A DNA stretch of 32,939 bases, taken from assembly GCA_040902755.1 (NCBI GenBank), contig JBBDWS010000005.1, positions 20,585 through 53,523 on the forward strand. The letters run 5' to 3'. The notes below the pieces were generated by a model. It had not been told where the DNA came from, searched no databases, and saw nothing but the letters and a program-made list of their open reading frames with translations. Positions 17,667 through 26,689 of this stretch are shown one piece after another. Numbering within the stretch: position 1 is the stretch's first letter; every line of letters starts with the position of its first letter. This stretch comes from Actinomycetota bacterium. Lineage in GTDB: Bacteria; Actinomycetota; UBA4738; HRBIN12. The position numbers and the translations under genes are program-made.

Positions 17667-19319
17667 TCATCGCCGCCACCTCGCGACGAGATGCCGGCGA
17701 ACCGCGTGGACTTCCTCGATCCGCAAGACCGTCGACGCAGCCACGAACGCGGCCAGCCCGGCGGCGATCGCGGAGAACACCTGTATCGACTGCTCGGCGA
17801 GGGTGGCGGTTCCGATGGTCGAGCCGAGCCAGCGGGCCACGAGCCACGCCGTCGCGGCAGTCGCGACGCCGGCGAGCAGCGTCCGGCCAATCGTCCCGAG
17901 CACCCTCGCGCCGTCGATCCCTCCCAGCCTCAGCCGGATCAACAGGAGCAGAACGACCGAGCCGAACGCGTAGGAGATCGCGTGGCCCAGGGCGAGTCCC
18001 TGGATGCCGAGGTCGAATCCGAAGAACAGGACAAGGTCGGCGGCGATGTTGATCGTCACGGCGACGAGGTTCACCAGCGCTGGGGTTCGGGTGTTCTGCA
18101 TCGCGTAATACGCGCGCAGGAGGAGCTGGAACGCCGAGAACGGGAACAGCCCGAGGGCGAACGCGATGAGCACGTCGGAGACGAGGTCGCCGCTGCTCGG
18201 CGTCGTGACCCCGTGCTCGAGGAGGAGCCGGACGATCGGTCTGGCCAGGACCAGATATCCGAGCGCCGCCGGGATCACGATCGCCGCCGTCGCCCGGATC
18301 CCCTGGGAAAGGAGCCGCCGGAACCCGTCGATGTCCCCGTCGGCCCATCGGCCGGACATCGCGGGAAGGAGCGCCGTGAAGATCGAGACCGCGAAGATCG
18401 CGTGCGGCAGCTGGAACAGGATGAACGCGGCGGCGTATGCCGCGTAGCCCCCCTCGATCCTGCCCGCGAGGACGATCACCACGAGCAGCGCAGCCTGGTT
18501 GGCCGCCACGTAGGCAACCACCCAGGTGGCGAGACGCGCGATCCTGGTCACGGCCTCGTGCCTCCACCCCATCCGCCACGAGAACCGGAACCCCGTCGCT
18601 CGCAGGGCCGGCCAAAGCGCGACGGTCATCGCCGCGATGCCGGCCGTCGTTCCGATCGCGAGCACGTATGTCTGGGCCGTCGTCGCGAGCGCTTCCGCGG
18701 ATGAGGGATCCGGCATCGCCGCGAACACCAGGAACGTCGCGATCACGATGGCGTTGTTGAGGATCGGGGCGAACATCGGCGCGGCGAACCGTCGGTGCGC
18801 CTGCAGCAGCCCGATCGCCACCGCGCCGACGCCGTAGAAGACGATCTGCGGCATGAACCACCGGAGGAAGAAGGTGGCGTACTCGCGAACGATCGCCTGA
18901 TCCTGGCCCGGGACGCCCGACGTGTAGAGGTCGACGATCAAAGGTGCGAAGACGATCCCCAGCACGGTGAGGGCCGACAGCACGACGATCGCCAAGGTGA
19001 AGAGCCGCCGAACGACCTCCCATGCCTCGTCCCGTCCGCGTTCCTGCAGCCACTCCACGACGACCGGTACCACGACGGCGGTCAGGATCCCGCCGAGCGC
19101 GAGCTCGTACAGGATGTTCGGAGTGACGTTCGCGATGTTGTAGGCGTCGGGCAGCCTCGACTCCGTGACACCGATCGCATACGCCATCGCTGCCAGACGC
19201 AGGAAACCGGTGGCCCTCGACAGCGTCGTCCCGAGGGTCATCACGGTGGTGTTGCGGATGAACGCGCGCGCCGAGTCGTCGCTCGGCAGGTCGGACGACG
19301 AAGGTTCCTCCGGGCTCAC
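17667..19319 (-). CDS. murJ: Lipid II flippase MurJ (MviN)
   Basis: GTTLSRATGFLR, DAYNIANVTPNILYELALGG, FMPQIVFYG, FAAPMFAPILNN, FQLPHAIF, RAYYAMQNTRTP; many TM segments. Confidence 0.96.
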   Translation of the reverse strand: MSPEEPSSSDLPSDDSARAFIRNTTVMTLGTTLSRATGFLRLAAMAYAIGVTESRLPDAYNIANVTPNILYELALGGILTAVVVPVVVEWLQERGRDEAWEVVRRLFTLAIVVLSALTVLGIVFAPLIVDLYTSGVPGQDQAIVREYATFFLRWFMPQIVFYGVGAVAIGLLQAHRRFAAPMFAPILNNAIVIATFLVFAAMPDPSSAEALATTAQTYVLAIGTTAGIAAMTVALWPALRATGFRFSWRMGWRHEAVTRIARLATWVVAYVAANQAALLVVIVLAGRIEGGYAAYAAAFILFQLPHAIFAVSIFTALLPAMSGRWADGDIDGFRRLLSQGIRATAAIVIPAALGYLVLARPIVRLLLEHGVTTPSSGDLVSDVLIAFALGLFPFSAFQLLLRAYYAMQNTRTPALVNLVAVTINIAADLVLFFGFDLGIQGLALGHAISYAFGSVVLLLLIRLRLGGIDGARVLGTIGRTLLAGVATAATAWLVARWLGSTIGTATLAEQSIQVFSAIAAGLAAFVAASTVLRIEEVHAVRRHLVARWRR

Positions 19320-21367
19320 GACGTCCGACGTGGCAGGAACCTCCTCGCCCAGAGCGCTAGGAGCACGAGCGCGGCGGCGATCGTGATGGCGAGCGCGATC
19401 CGGTTGTACACGGTCGACCGGAGGACGAGCGTGTTGGGTCCCGTGACCTGGATCTGGCGTCCCGACGGGGCGAGGACCCGCAGCTCCACCACGAACCGAC
19501 CGGTGCGGACGAGGTCCACGCGGAACGTGATGGTCTGTTCGTCTCCCGGGGCAAGCTCCAGGTGGATGGTTGGCGTTCCGCTCAGACCGAGGGACGCGAG
19601 CTGGATGCTGACGCGCAGGGCCTCCTCGGCGTCGTTGCGCACGGTGACGGGGACGCCGCTTCCCGTGCTCGAGGTGAGCGTGATGACCGGAGCGCTCTCG
19701 AGGCTGATCTGGCCGAACACCGCGTCGACCGAATCGCGGACGTCGGTGATGAAGGCGAGCCCTTCCTCGGGAGTCGTCAGGTACTGCCGCGACTCGGCGA
19801 GCAGAAGCATGGTCTCGAGGCGGTCGGGCTCGCTCCCCGGCTCGACGAGCATCGAGCGGTAGGTCGCGATCATCCGCCGCGCTTCCTTCAACTCGTCCAC
19901 GTACGACGTCGAGAACCGTCGCAAGGAGGGTGCCACGAGCGAGGACGGCTCGCTCGGGGTGAAGGCCGTGGCGAACTCACCCGCGTGCATCGGCGTGAGC
20001 CAGGGCGCGCTCGCGATGCTTCGCGTGAACGTGGAGAAGAAGGATGCGGAAAGCAGCGAGTCCTCCGACAGGATCAGCGCGATCCCGCGGAGCTCGCCCG
20101 GACGTTCCTGCCAGATCGAGGCGATCTCGCCGAGGACGACCTGGGCCGCCCGCACGGGGTCCGAGCTCCCGAGCCCGGACTGCAGCAATGCCGCGACCGC
20201 GGGATCGGGGACGACGGCGCGGAGCACGCCGGACTCCGAGAGCGACGCGGCGGGCGGGCCGGCCAGGCCGAGTGGCTGCGGTGTGGTCTCCACCGTCGAG
20301 GGACCGACCAGGAGCGTCGAGACGCCGACGCCGGGAAGCTGCCGCAGCGTCTCGTCATCGAGTGCGGCTCCCGGGGGGCGCAGAATGCCCGCCACCGGCG
20401 TCGTCAACATCTCCTCCACGACGTCGCGCCCAAGGTCGAGCTGGATGCCGAGGTCGCGACCGAGACCGCCGGCGACGAGCGAGGGGAGCTCCGGCGTGGA
20501 GAAGGGCATCGCGCTCACGCGCACGTTGGGCGCCCGGGCGATCTCCTCCAGGGCGACCAGCGCCTCTCCGGCGAGCTCCGCGCCGCCCTCACCCGGGTTC
20601 ACCGCCAACACCTCGTCCCCGACCCGAACCTCATACCCGTCTCGCATCCTCGCGAGCTGCGTGAGTAGCACGGGCGAGATCGCCACGTCGACGGCCGGCT
20701 GGGTCGGGGCGGCCGCGAGCTCCTGCAGAGCCCGGATCCGCGCACTTAGATGCCCACCCGGTGCGAGCGCGGTCTCGATCTCGGTCGAGGTGAACTCACC
20801 GCCCGGCCCGAACTCGATCGGGTGGTGCAGGACGAACGTCCACGACAGCCGTAGGGGTTCCTCCGGCTGGCGGACCAGGAACACGACCGGGGTGCGGATG
20901 GTCCCGAGCGAGGTGAAGCCGCTCCGGAGGTCGATCTTCAGCGGGTAGACCCCCGACTCGTCCGGATCCAGTCCGGCCGACTCGTCGAGGAGGAAGGTGA
21001 GCTCGAAGTCCCGGGTCTCCCCGGGTTCGATCGTCCCCTCTCGAGGACGGGTCTCGGCCTTGAGCGCGAGCAGCGGGTCGGCGAGGAGCGACTCCTCGAA
21101 CGCCGACCGCGAGAGCACCCGGCCGTACAGGGTCACGCCGATCGCGAGATCGTCGATCGACACCGAGCCCAGGTTCTCGGCTCGGAAACGGACGAACAGC
21201 TCGCGCGCGTTCGTCTCGTCGAAGCTGCTGTTCCACGGCGTCTGTTCGAGGAGCGTGAGGCGGACGACCGGTGGCTCCTGTGCGGAGACGGTCGGAACGG
21301 GCGCGAGGAGCACGCCGAGGAGCGCAAGGAAGGTGAGAGCGAGCCGTCGCATCGTCGGCGCGGTCAT
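19316..21367 (-). CDS. Large exported protein with signal peptide and C-terminal TM anchor (DUF6049 / Rv3909-like)
   Basis: MRRLALTFLALLGVLLAPVPTVSA signal, GVYPL motif, ITLTSSTGSGVPVTVRN Ig-like region, C-terminal TM; GTGA-coupled to murJ. Start 21367 or 21352. Confidence 0.8.
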   Translation of the reverse strand: MTAPTMRRLALTFLALLGVLLAPVPTVSAQEPPVVRLTLLEQTPWNSSFDETNARELFVRFRAENLGSVSIDDLAIGVTLYGRVLSRSAFEESLLADPLLALKAETRPREGTIEPGETRDFELTFLLDESAGLDPDESGVYPLKIDLRSGFTSLGTIRTPVVFLVRQPEEPLRLSWTFVLHHPIEFGPGGEFTSTEIETALAPGGHLSARIRALQELAAAPTQPAVDVAISPVLLTQLARMRDGYEVRVGDEVLAVNPGEGGAELAGEALVALEEIARAPNVRVSAMPFSTPELPSLVAGGLGRDLGIQLDLGRDVVEEMLTTPVAGILRPPGAALDDETLRQLPGVGVSTLLVGPSTVETTPQPLGLAGPPAASLSESGVLRAVVPDPAVAALLQSGLGSSDPVRAAQVVLGEIASIWQERPGELRGIALILSEDSLLSASFFSTFTRSIASAPWLTPMHAGEFATAFTPSEPSSLVAPSLRRFSTSYVDELKEARRMIATYRSMLVEPGSEPDRLETMLLLAESRQYLTTPEEGLAFITDVRDSVDAVFGQISLESAPVITLTSSTGSGVPVTVRNDAEEALRVSIQLASLGLSGTPTIHLELAPGDEQTITFRVDLVRTGRFVVELRVLAPSGRQIQVTGPNTLVLRSTVYNRIALAITIAAALVLLALWARRFLPRRTS

Positions 21368-21368
21368 C

Positions 21369-22145
21369 CTACCCGCCGTCGCCGAGGAGAGAGACGAGCT
21401 CGTCGACCCCGTACAGCGCCGCGACGGTGAGCAGGAAGGCGCCGACGGCGTGGCGGAGGGTGCGCTCGCGCGCGCCGATCGCGATGCGTGCCCCCAGCCG
21501 GGCACCGGGCACCACCCCCAGCGTGAGGACGCCGAAGATGGCCCAGTCGATGTGGCCGAGGGCCCAGTGCACGATCGTGCCGGGGATGACAAGGGCCGCC
21601 ATCACGACGAGCGAGGTCCCCAGGGCCCGCTTCAGGGGCATCCCGATGGCGAGCGTGAGCAACGGGACCATCACGATGCCCCCTCCGACGCCCAGCAAAC
21701 CCGAGACGAACCCCGCGACGGCTCCGATCGCCGAGTACTTCCATCCGGGCGTCGTGCCCTTCTTCCATGCGATCGCGGGCTCGCGGCCGCGCAACACCTC
21801 GACACCGGTCCAGGCCATCAGCACGGCGGTGATGACGAGGAGCAGGTGCGCGTTCACGAGCTCGGTGAGGAACGCGCCCCCGACGGCGCCGGCGATGCCG
21901 GGCGGGATCGCCCACCTCGCGGCGCGGAAGCTCGTCTCGCCGGCTCTCGCGTACGTGTAGGCGCCGACGAGCGAGGTCGGCAGGATCACCGGAAGGGGTG
22001 TCGCAACGGCTTGGATCGCCGTACCCCCGAGGAGGACGTTCACGGCGGGCGTCGTCACGACGCCACCGCCGACGCCGAACAACCCCGACAGGACGCCCGC
22101 GACGAACCCGACGAGGACGCCGATCATCACTTGCAGGATCGTCAA
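21369..22145 (-). CDS. TSUP / TauE-SafE family sulfite exporter
   Basis: Duplicated motif GVLSGLFGVGGG and GFVSGLLGVGGGIVMVP, ALGTSL; TTG start overlaps the NUDIX stop (TTGA). Confidence 0.9.
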   Translation of the reverse strand: MTILQVMIGVLVGFVAGVLSGLFGVGGGVVTTPAVNVLLGGTAIQAVATPLPVILPTSLVGAYTYARAGETSFRAARWAIPPGIAGAVGGAFLTELVNAHLLLVITAVLMAWTGVEVLRGREPAIAWKKGTTPGWKYSAIGAVAGFVSGLLGVGGGIVMVPLLTLAIGMPLKRALGTSLVVMAALVIPGTIVHWALGHIDWAIFGVLTLGVVPGARLGARIAIGARERTLRHAVGAFLLTVAALYGVDELVSLLGDGG

Positions 22146-22567
22146 CGAAGCTGCTCCACGGCGCGCTCGATGACCTCGCGTTCGCCGCGGTAGGCTGCGC
22201 GTTTGGCGGCTCGGCGCATCGGGAACCAGCGCACGTCCTCCATCTCCTCGTCGTGGCTGGTTACGTCGCCGCCGGTCGCACGCATGAGGAAGAAGCGCAC
22301 CTGCTTGCGAACGCGCACGTCCTCCCAGACGTAGAAGTAGCGGATCGTCCCGAGGTCGCCCTCGATCTCGGCCTCGAGTCCCGTTTCCTCCAGGACCTCG
22401 CGAACCGCCGCGGCTTCCGGTGTTTCCTCGGGCTCGACCGCGCCCTTCGGGAGACCCCACACGAGATCGCCGCGACGGGTGCGTCGAGCGGCGAGGCAGA
22501 TATCGATGCTCGCGTCGCCTCTGCGGTACACCACGCCGCCGGCCGAGACCTCATGACGCGTCTGCAT
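22142..22567 (-). CDS. NUDIX hydrolase (MutT4/Rv3908-like position)
   Basis: SAGGVV, WGLPKG and NUDIX box GAVEPEETPEAAAVREVLEETGL. Confidence 0.93.
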   Translation of the reverse strand: MQTRHEVSAGGVVYRRGDASIDICLAARRTRRGDLVWGLPKGAVEPEETPEAAAVREVLEETGLEAEIEGDLGTIRYFYVWEDVRVRKQVRFFLMRATGGDVTSHDEEMEDVRWFPMRRAAKRAAYRGEREVIERAVEQLR

Positions 22568-22595
22568 CAGCGCCGGGGAACCGGAACTCTCTCTC

Positions 22596-22601
22596 TATAC
22601 T
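22596..22601 (+). promoter_or_regulatory. Putative -10 TATACT for a leaderless dedA-pilT transcript
   Basis: 8 nt upstream of GTG 22610, preceded by (CT)5. Confidence 0.6.
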
Positions 22602-22609
22602 TGGCGCCC

Positions 22610-23287
22610 GTGCTGGACCGGATCATCGAATTCCTCCGCCCTTTCCTCGAAGCGCCGTGGGGATACTTCGTGGTCGGCGTCGCAACGTTCCTGGAGAACT
22701 CGATCGCCGCGGGCGTCATCATCCCCGGTGAAACGATCGTCATCCTCGGCGGAGTCTACGCGGGGCTCCACGAGCTCTCGCTCCCGCTCGTGGCCACGGT
22801 CGCCGTGGTGGGTGCCGTCCTGGGTGACAACGTCGGGTACTGGATCGGTCGGCGGTTCGGACGAGGCTTCCTGGTCCGCCACGGCCGGAAGCTGTTCGTC
22901 ACCCCCGAGCGGCTCCTCGCCTCCGAGCGCTACTACCGGCTGCACGGCGGCAAGACCGTCTTCCTGGGACGGTTCGTGCCCGTCGTCCGGAGCGTGGGCT
23001 TCATCCTGGCCGGGGTCGCCCACATGCCGTGGAAACGATTCCTCGCGTACGACGTTGCCGGAGCGCTGATCTGGGGGGTGGGCCATTCCTTCCTGGGATA
23101 CGTGCTCGGGGCCAGCTACGAACGGTGGGAGCGCTACACGACCTGGGTTGGGCTCGGTTTGCTGGTCGTGCTTCTTTTCTTGATCGGGGCCTCAAAGTTT
23201 CGCTCCGCGCGCCGAAAAGGAGAGGAGGAGACGGAGGGGCTCGCGACGGATCTCGAGCCCGAGACTCCGCGCGACCTGGGGGACTGA
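22610..23287 (+). CDS. DedA family membrane protein
   Basis: FLENS...IIPGET, GAVLGDNVGYWIGRRFG, HGGKTVFLGRFVPVVRS, AGVAHMPWKRFLAYD. Confidence 0.93.
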   Translation: MLDRIIEFLRPFLEAPWGYFVVGVATFLENSIAAGVIIPGETIVILGGVYAGLHELSLPLVATVAVVGAVLGDNVGYWIGRRFGRGFLVRHGRKLFVTPERLLASERYYRLHGGKTVFLGRFVPVVRSVGFILAGVAHMPWKRFLAYDVAGALIWGVGHSFLGYVLGASYERWERYTTWVGLGLLVVLLFLIGASKFRSARRKGEEETEGLATDLEPETPRDLGD

Positions 23288-23293
23288 TCGAAC

Positions 23294-24385
23294 TTGGACG
23301 TTACCGACCTGCTCCGCCACACGGTCGAGGTGGGGGCCAGCGACCTGCACCTGAAAGCCGGCAACGTTCCCTTCGTCCGCGTGGACGGCGATCTTCAGCC
23401 GGCTCCGTTCCCCGCCCTGTCCTCGAACGACACGGTGGGTGCGGCGATTGGCATCCTGCCCGAGCACAAGCGCAAGGAGTTCGAGCTCACGAGCGAGGCG
23501 GACTTCGGCCACACGGTGCCCGGCGTCGGTCGTTTCCGCGTCAACGTCTTCCGTCAGCGAGGGATGGTCGGTCTCGCGATCCGACGCGTGCGTTCGGACG
23601 TTCCGACGATCGAGGAGCTGTTCCTCCCGCCCGTGATGGCGGAGCTCGCCGACTCCTCACGCGGACTCGTCCTCGTGACCGGGCCGACCGGTACAGGCAA
23701 GACGACGACGATCGCCTCGATGATCGGTCACATCAACCGGTCCTGGCGGCGACACATCGTCACGATCGAGGACCCGATCGAGGTCGTGCACGACGACGAT
23801 CGCTCCATCATCCAGCAGCGGGAGATCGGTCTCGACACGGATTCCTACGCCGCGGCGCTCAAGCACGTCATCCGGCAGGACCCCGACGTGATCTTCGTGG
23901 GCGAGATCCGCGACCCCGAGTCGGCGCTCTCGGCGATCCAAGCCGCCGAGACCGGTCATCTCGTCATCAGCACGCTTCACACGATCGACGCGACTGAGAC
24001 GATCAACCGTCTGCTCGACCTGTTCCCACCCATGCAGCAACGCGAGGTCCGCACCTCGTTCGCCGGTGCGCTCCGCGGCATCGTGTCGCAACGACTCGTG
24101 GTGCGCGCGGACGGGAAGGGCCGGCTCCCGGCCATCGAAGTTCTCGTCGCGACCGGACGCATCTACGATCGCATCGTGGACCCCGACGCGACGGTCGAGA
24201 TCCGCGACGTCATCGCCGAAGGCGAGTTCTACGGCATGCAGACCTTCGATCAGGCGCTCGTGAAGCTCGTGCAGGACGGGCTCGTGAGCGAGGAGGATGC
24301 CCGTCGCACCTCGACCAGGCCCCACGATTTCGTGCTCGCGCTCCGCGGCACGATGGATCGTGGGACCGCCGCGGCCGTCGGCTAG
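23294..24385 (+). CDS. pilT: PilT/PilU family type IV pilus retraction ATPase
   Basis: ASDLHL, RFRVNVFRQRG, Walker A GPTGTGKTT, TIEDPIE, RQDPDVIFVGEIRD, AAETGHLVISTLHT, GMQTFDQAL; TTG start. Confidence 0.93.
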   Translation: MDVTDLLRHTVEVGASDLHLKAGNVPFVRVDGDLQPAPFPALSSNDTVGAAIGILPEHKRKEFELTSEADFGHTVPGVGRFRVNVFRQRGMVGLAIRRVRSDVPTIEELFLPPVMAELADSSRGLVLVTGPTGTGKTTTIASMIGHINRSWRRHIVTIEDPIEVVHDDDRSIIQQREIGLDTDSYAAALKHVIRQDPDVIFVGEIRDPESALSAIQAAETGHLVISTLHTIDATETINRLLDLFPPMQQREVRTSFAGALRGIVSQRLVVRADGKGRLPAIEVLVATGRIYDRIVDPDATVEIRDVIAEGEFYGMQTFDQALVKLVQDGLVSEEDARRTSTRPHDFVLALRGTMDRGTAAAVG

Positions 24386-24472
24386 CGCTCGAAGCGATCG
24401 AAGTCCGCTAGGCGTCTTTGCCCGACGCACGCCGCGCGCCACACGAAGCCGAGAAAGGTCGAGCGGCCGCAT
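24386..24472 (-). ncRNA. Candidate structured, tRNA-sized RNA element
   Basis: 7-bp closing stem (24386-92 with 24459-65), 5-bp stem with 7-nt loop, 4-bp stem with TTCGA in the loop (minus strand); TACGGT -10 at 24479-84. Not a canonical tRNA. Confidence 0.25.
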
Positions 24473-24501
24473 CGAGCGACCGTATCGCCGCGGGCCAAGG
24501 G

Positions 24502-24507
24502 TATCCT
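24502..24507 (+). promoter_or_regulatory. Putative -10 TATCCT for cca
   Basis: 9 nt upstream of ATG 24517. Confidence 0.55.
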
Positions 24508-24516
24508 GACCCGGAC

Positions 24517-25950
24517 ATGGCCGATCGCTCGGGTTCCGACGACGGCGCCCACCTCGAGGTCCCTTCCGTCGCCAAAGACCTGGGCGAACGGTTCCGTCTG
24601 GCCGGTCACGAGCTCTACCTCGTCGGCGGCATCGTGCGGGATCTCCTCCTCGGCAACGTTCGGGAGGAGGCGGATCTGGACCTCGCCACGGATGCGCTGC
24701 CCCGCGAAACCACGAAGATCCTGCGTGGTTGGGCGGATCGGCAATACCTCGTCGGCGTCAAGTACGGAACCGTCGGCGCCCGGCGCGCCGATCTCCTGTT
24801 CGAGATCACCACGTTCCGTAAGGAGGTCTACGCGGAGGAGCATCGCAAGCCCGCGGTGACGTTCGGCGACGACGTGCAGACCGACCTTTCCCGTCGCGAC
24901 TTCACGGTGAACGCGATGGCCGTTCGCCTGCCCGAAGGGGAGTTCATCGATCCGTTCGGCGGGGTGAAGGACCTCGCCGCCAGGAAGCTCGATACCCCGC
25001 TCGAACCGGCCGTATCGTTCGGCGACGACCCCTTGCGCATGTTGCGCGCGGCGCGGTTCGCCTCGCAGCTCGGACTCGAGCCGGCACCGCGGGTCGTCGA
25101 GGCCATCGGGCAGATGGGCGAGCGTCTCCGGATCGTCTCGGCCGAGCGGATCTCCGATGAGCTGTCCAAGCTGCTACTCGGCACGCAGCCGTCCAAGGGG
25201 CTCGAGCTGATCGCGGAGACCGGCCTGGCCGAGGAGTTCCTTCCCGAGCTTCCGCAGCTGCGCCTGGAGCAGGATCCCGTGCAGAAGCACAAGGACGTCC
25301 TTCATCACACCTATGCCGTCGTCGAGAAGACCGAACCCGACCTCACGCTTCGGCTCGCGGCGCTGCTCCACGACATCGGCAAGCCCAAGACCCGGCAGAT
25401 CGGTCCCGACGGCGTCACCTTCCACCACCACGAGGTGGTCGGCGCACGGATGGCGCGCGAGCGCCTCCAGGCCCTGCGGTATCCGACGCACCTGATCGAC
25501 GACGTCGCAAAGCTCATCGAGATGCACCTTCGCTTCCACGGGTATAGCGAGTGGAGCGACAGCGCCGTTCGTCGCTATGTGCGCGACGCCGGGCCGCTCC
25601 TGGACCGGTTGAACCAGCTCACCCGCGCGGACTGCACGACGCAGAATCGGTTCAAGGCCAAGAAGCTCGAGGCGTTGCAGGACGACCTCGAAGATCGCAT
25701 CGCTCGGCTTGCCGAGGAAGAGAACCTCGACGCGATGCGCCCGCAGCTGAACGGCGAACAGGTGATGGAGCATCTCGGGGTCGAACCGGGGCCTGCCGTG
25801 GGCAGAGCGCTCGAATACCTCATGGAGCTGCGTCTGGAGCGCGGTCCGGTCTCGGAAGACGAGGCCCACCGGCTGCTCGACGAGTGGTGGGCCGGACAGA
25901 ACGACCCGTCGCGAGAAGTGGAGCCGGGTGCGAGCTCGCCGGGGTCCTGA
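24517..25950 (+). CDS. cca: CCA tRNA nucleotidyltransferase with HD domain
   Basis: LYLVGGIVRD, DLDLAT, EITTFR, DLSRRDFTVNA, DDPLRMLRAARF, SAERI, LLHDIGKP; start trimmed to ATG 24517. Confidence 0.95.
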   Translation: MADRSGSDDGAHLEVPSVAKDLGERFRLAGHELYLVGGIVRDLLLGNVREEADLDLATDALPRETTKILRGWADRQYLVGVKYGTVGARRADLLFEITTFRKEVYAEEHRKPAVTFGDDVQTDLSRRDFTVNAMAVRLPEGEFIDPFGGVKDLAARKLDTPLEPAVSFGDDPLRMLRAARFASQLGLEPAPRVVEAIGQMGERLRIVSAERISDELSKLLLGTQPSKGLELIAETGLAEEFLPELPQLRLEQDPVQKHKDVLHHTYAVVEKTEPDLTLRLAALLHDIGKPKTRQIGPDGVTFHHHEVVGARMARERLQALRYPTHLIDDVAKLIEMHLRFHGYSEWSDSAVRRYVRDAGPLLDRLNQLTRADCTTQNRFKAKKLEALQDDLEDRIARLAEEENLDAMRPQLNGEQVMEHLGVEPGPAVGRALEYLMELRLERGPVSEDEAHRLLDEWWAGQNDPSREVEPGASSPGS

Positions 25951-25956
25951 CCGAGG

Positions 25957-26673
25957 TCAGACGCCGCCGAAGTGCGACGGCGGCCAGATCACGATGAACG
26001 CCCGCCCGATCACCTTGTCGATCGGCACCAGACCGAGCCCGTAGCGGCTGTCGGCCGAGTTCCCGCGATTATCGCCCATCATGAAGAGGTGGCCCGCCGG
26101 GATCCGCGTCTCGGGGAAGTCGCCGTTGCTCTGCCGAGCCGCGTCGGTGAGGTAGGGCTCGTCCAGGGGCGCGCCGTCGATGTAGACGACGTTGTCGCGG
26201 ATCTCGATGGTCTCGCCCGGCAAACCGATCACGCGCTTGATGAAATCCTCGTCGGCCGGCTGCGCGAATCCGATCCCCTCGCCGAGCCAGTGCAGGAACG
26301 CGCTCACGGGGCCTCGTTCCGGAAGCTGTTCGGGGTGTGGGTTCGCGAACACGATCACGTCGCCCCGGCCGATGTCGCCGATGTCGTATGACAGTTTGTT
26401 GACGAAGACCCGGTCCCCGACCTCGAGCGTCGGCACCATCGACTCCGACGGGATATAGAAGGCTTGGACCAGGAACGTCTTGACGAGGATCGCCACTGCA
26501 AGCGCCACGAGGACGAGGAACGGCGTCGAGCCGACGAACCGGCGTGACCGCCTGTCCGGGTCGCTCGGTTCGGCCTCTCGCCGGTCGGCCCCCGTGCGCT
26601 CGGATACGTCCTGATCCGCGGGGGTCGTGTCGGGCTGGGAGAGAGGCGGGTCACGTGCTTCGATGTCGGCCAT
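25957..26673 (-). CDS. lepB: Signal peptidase I
   Basis: TM segment, IPSESMVPTL (Ser), FIKRVIGLPG (Lys), GDNRGNSADSR. Confidence 0.96.
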   Translation of the reverse strand: MADIEARDPPLSQPDTTPADQDVSERTGADRREAEPSDPDRRSRRFVGSTPFLVLVALAVAILVKTFLVQAFYIPSESMVPTLEVGDRVFVNKLSYDIGDIGRGDVIVFANPHPEQLPERGPVSAFLHWLGEGIGFAQPADEDFIKRVIGLPGETIEIRDNVVYIDGAPLDEPYLTDAARQSNGDFPETRIPAGHLFMMGDNRGNSADSRYGLGLVPIDKVIGRAFIVIWPPSHFGGV

Positions 26674-26680
26674 CCCATCC

Positions 26681-26686
26681 AGGGTA
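26681..26686 (-). promoter_or_regulatory. Putative -10 TACCCT for leaderless lepB
   Basis: 7 nt upstream of ATG 26673. Confidence 0.55.
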
Positions 26687-26689
26687 CCG

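Noticed and set aside
15710-18052. Long ORFs opposite or out of frame to real genes (e.g. 15710..18052 +, 6130..7863 +, 10575..12371 -, 13604..15445 +, 2122..3327 +)
   Set aside because: Shadow ORFs expected in high-GC DNA; they have no family motifs and overlap well-supported genes.
22587-22596. (CT)5 tract next to the dedA-pilT -10 as a phase-variation switch
   Set aside because: Five units is too short to support slippage-based switching without read-level length variation.
24386-24465. Functional tRNA-Cys (minus strand) or tRNA-Ala (plus strand)
   Set aside because: No canonical D arm or T arm geometry, no U33 in the minus reading, no purine 37 in the plus reading, and no CCA; kept only as a low-confidence structured-RNA candidate.
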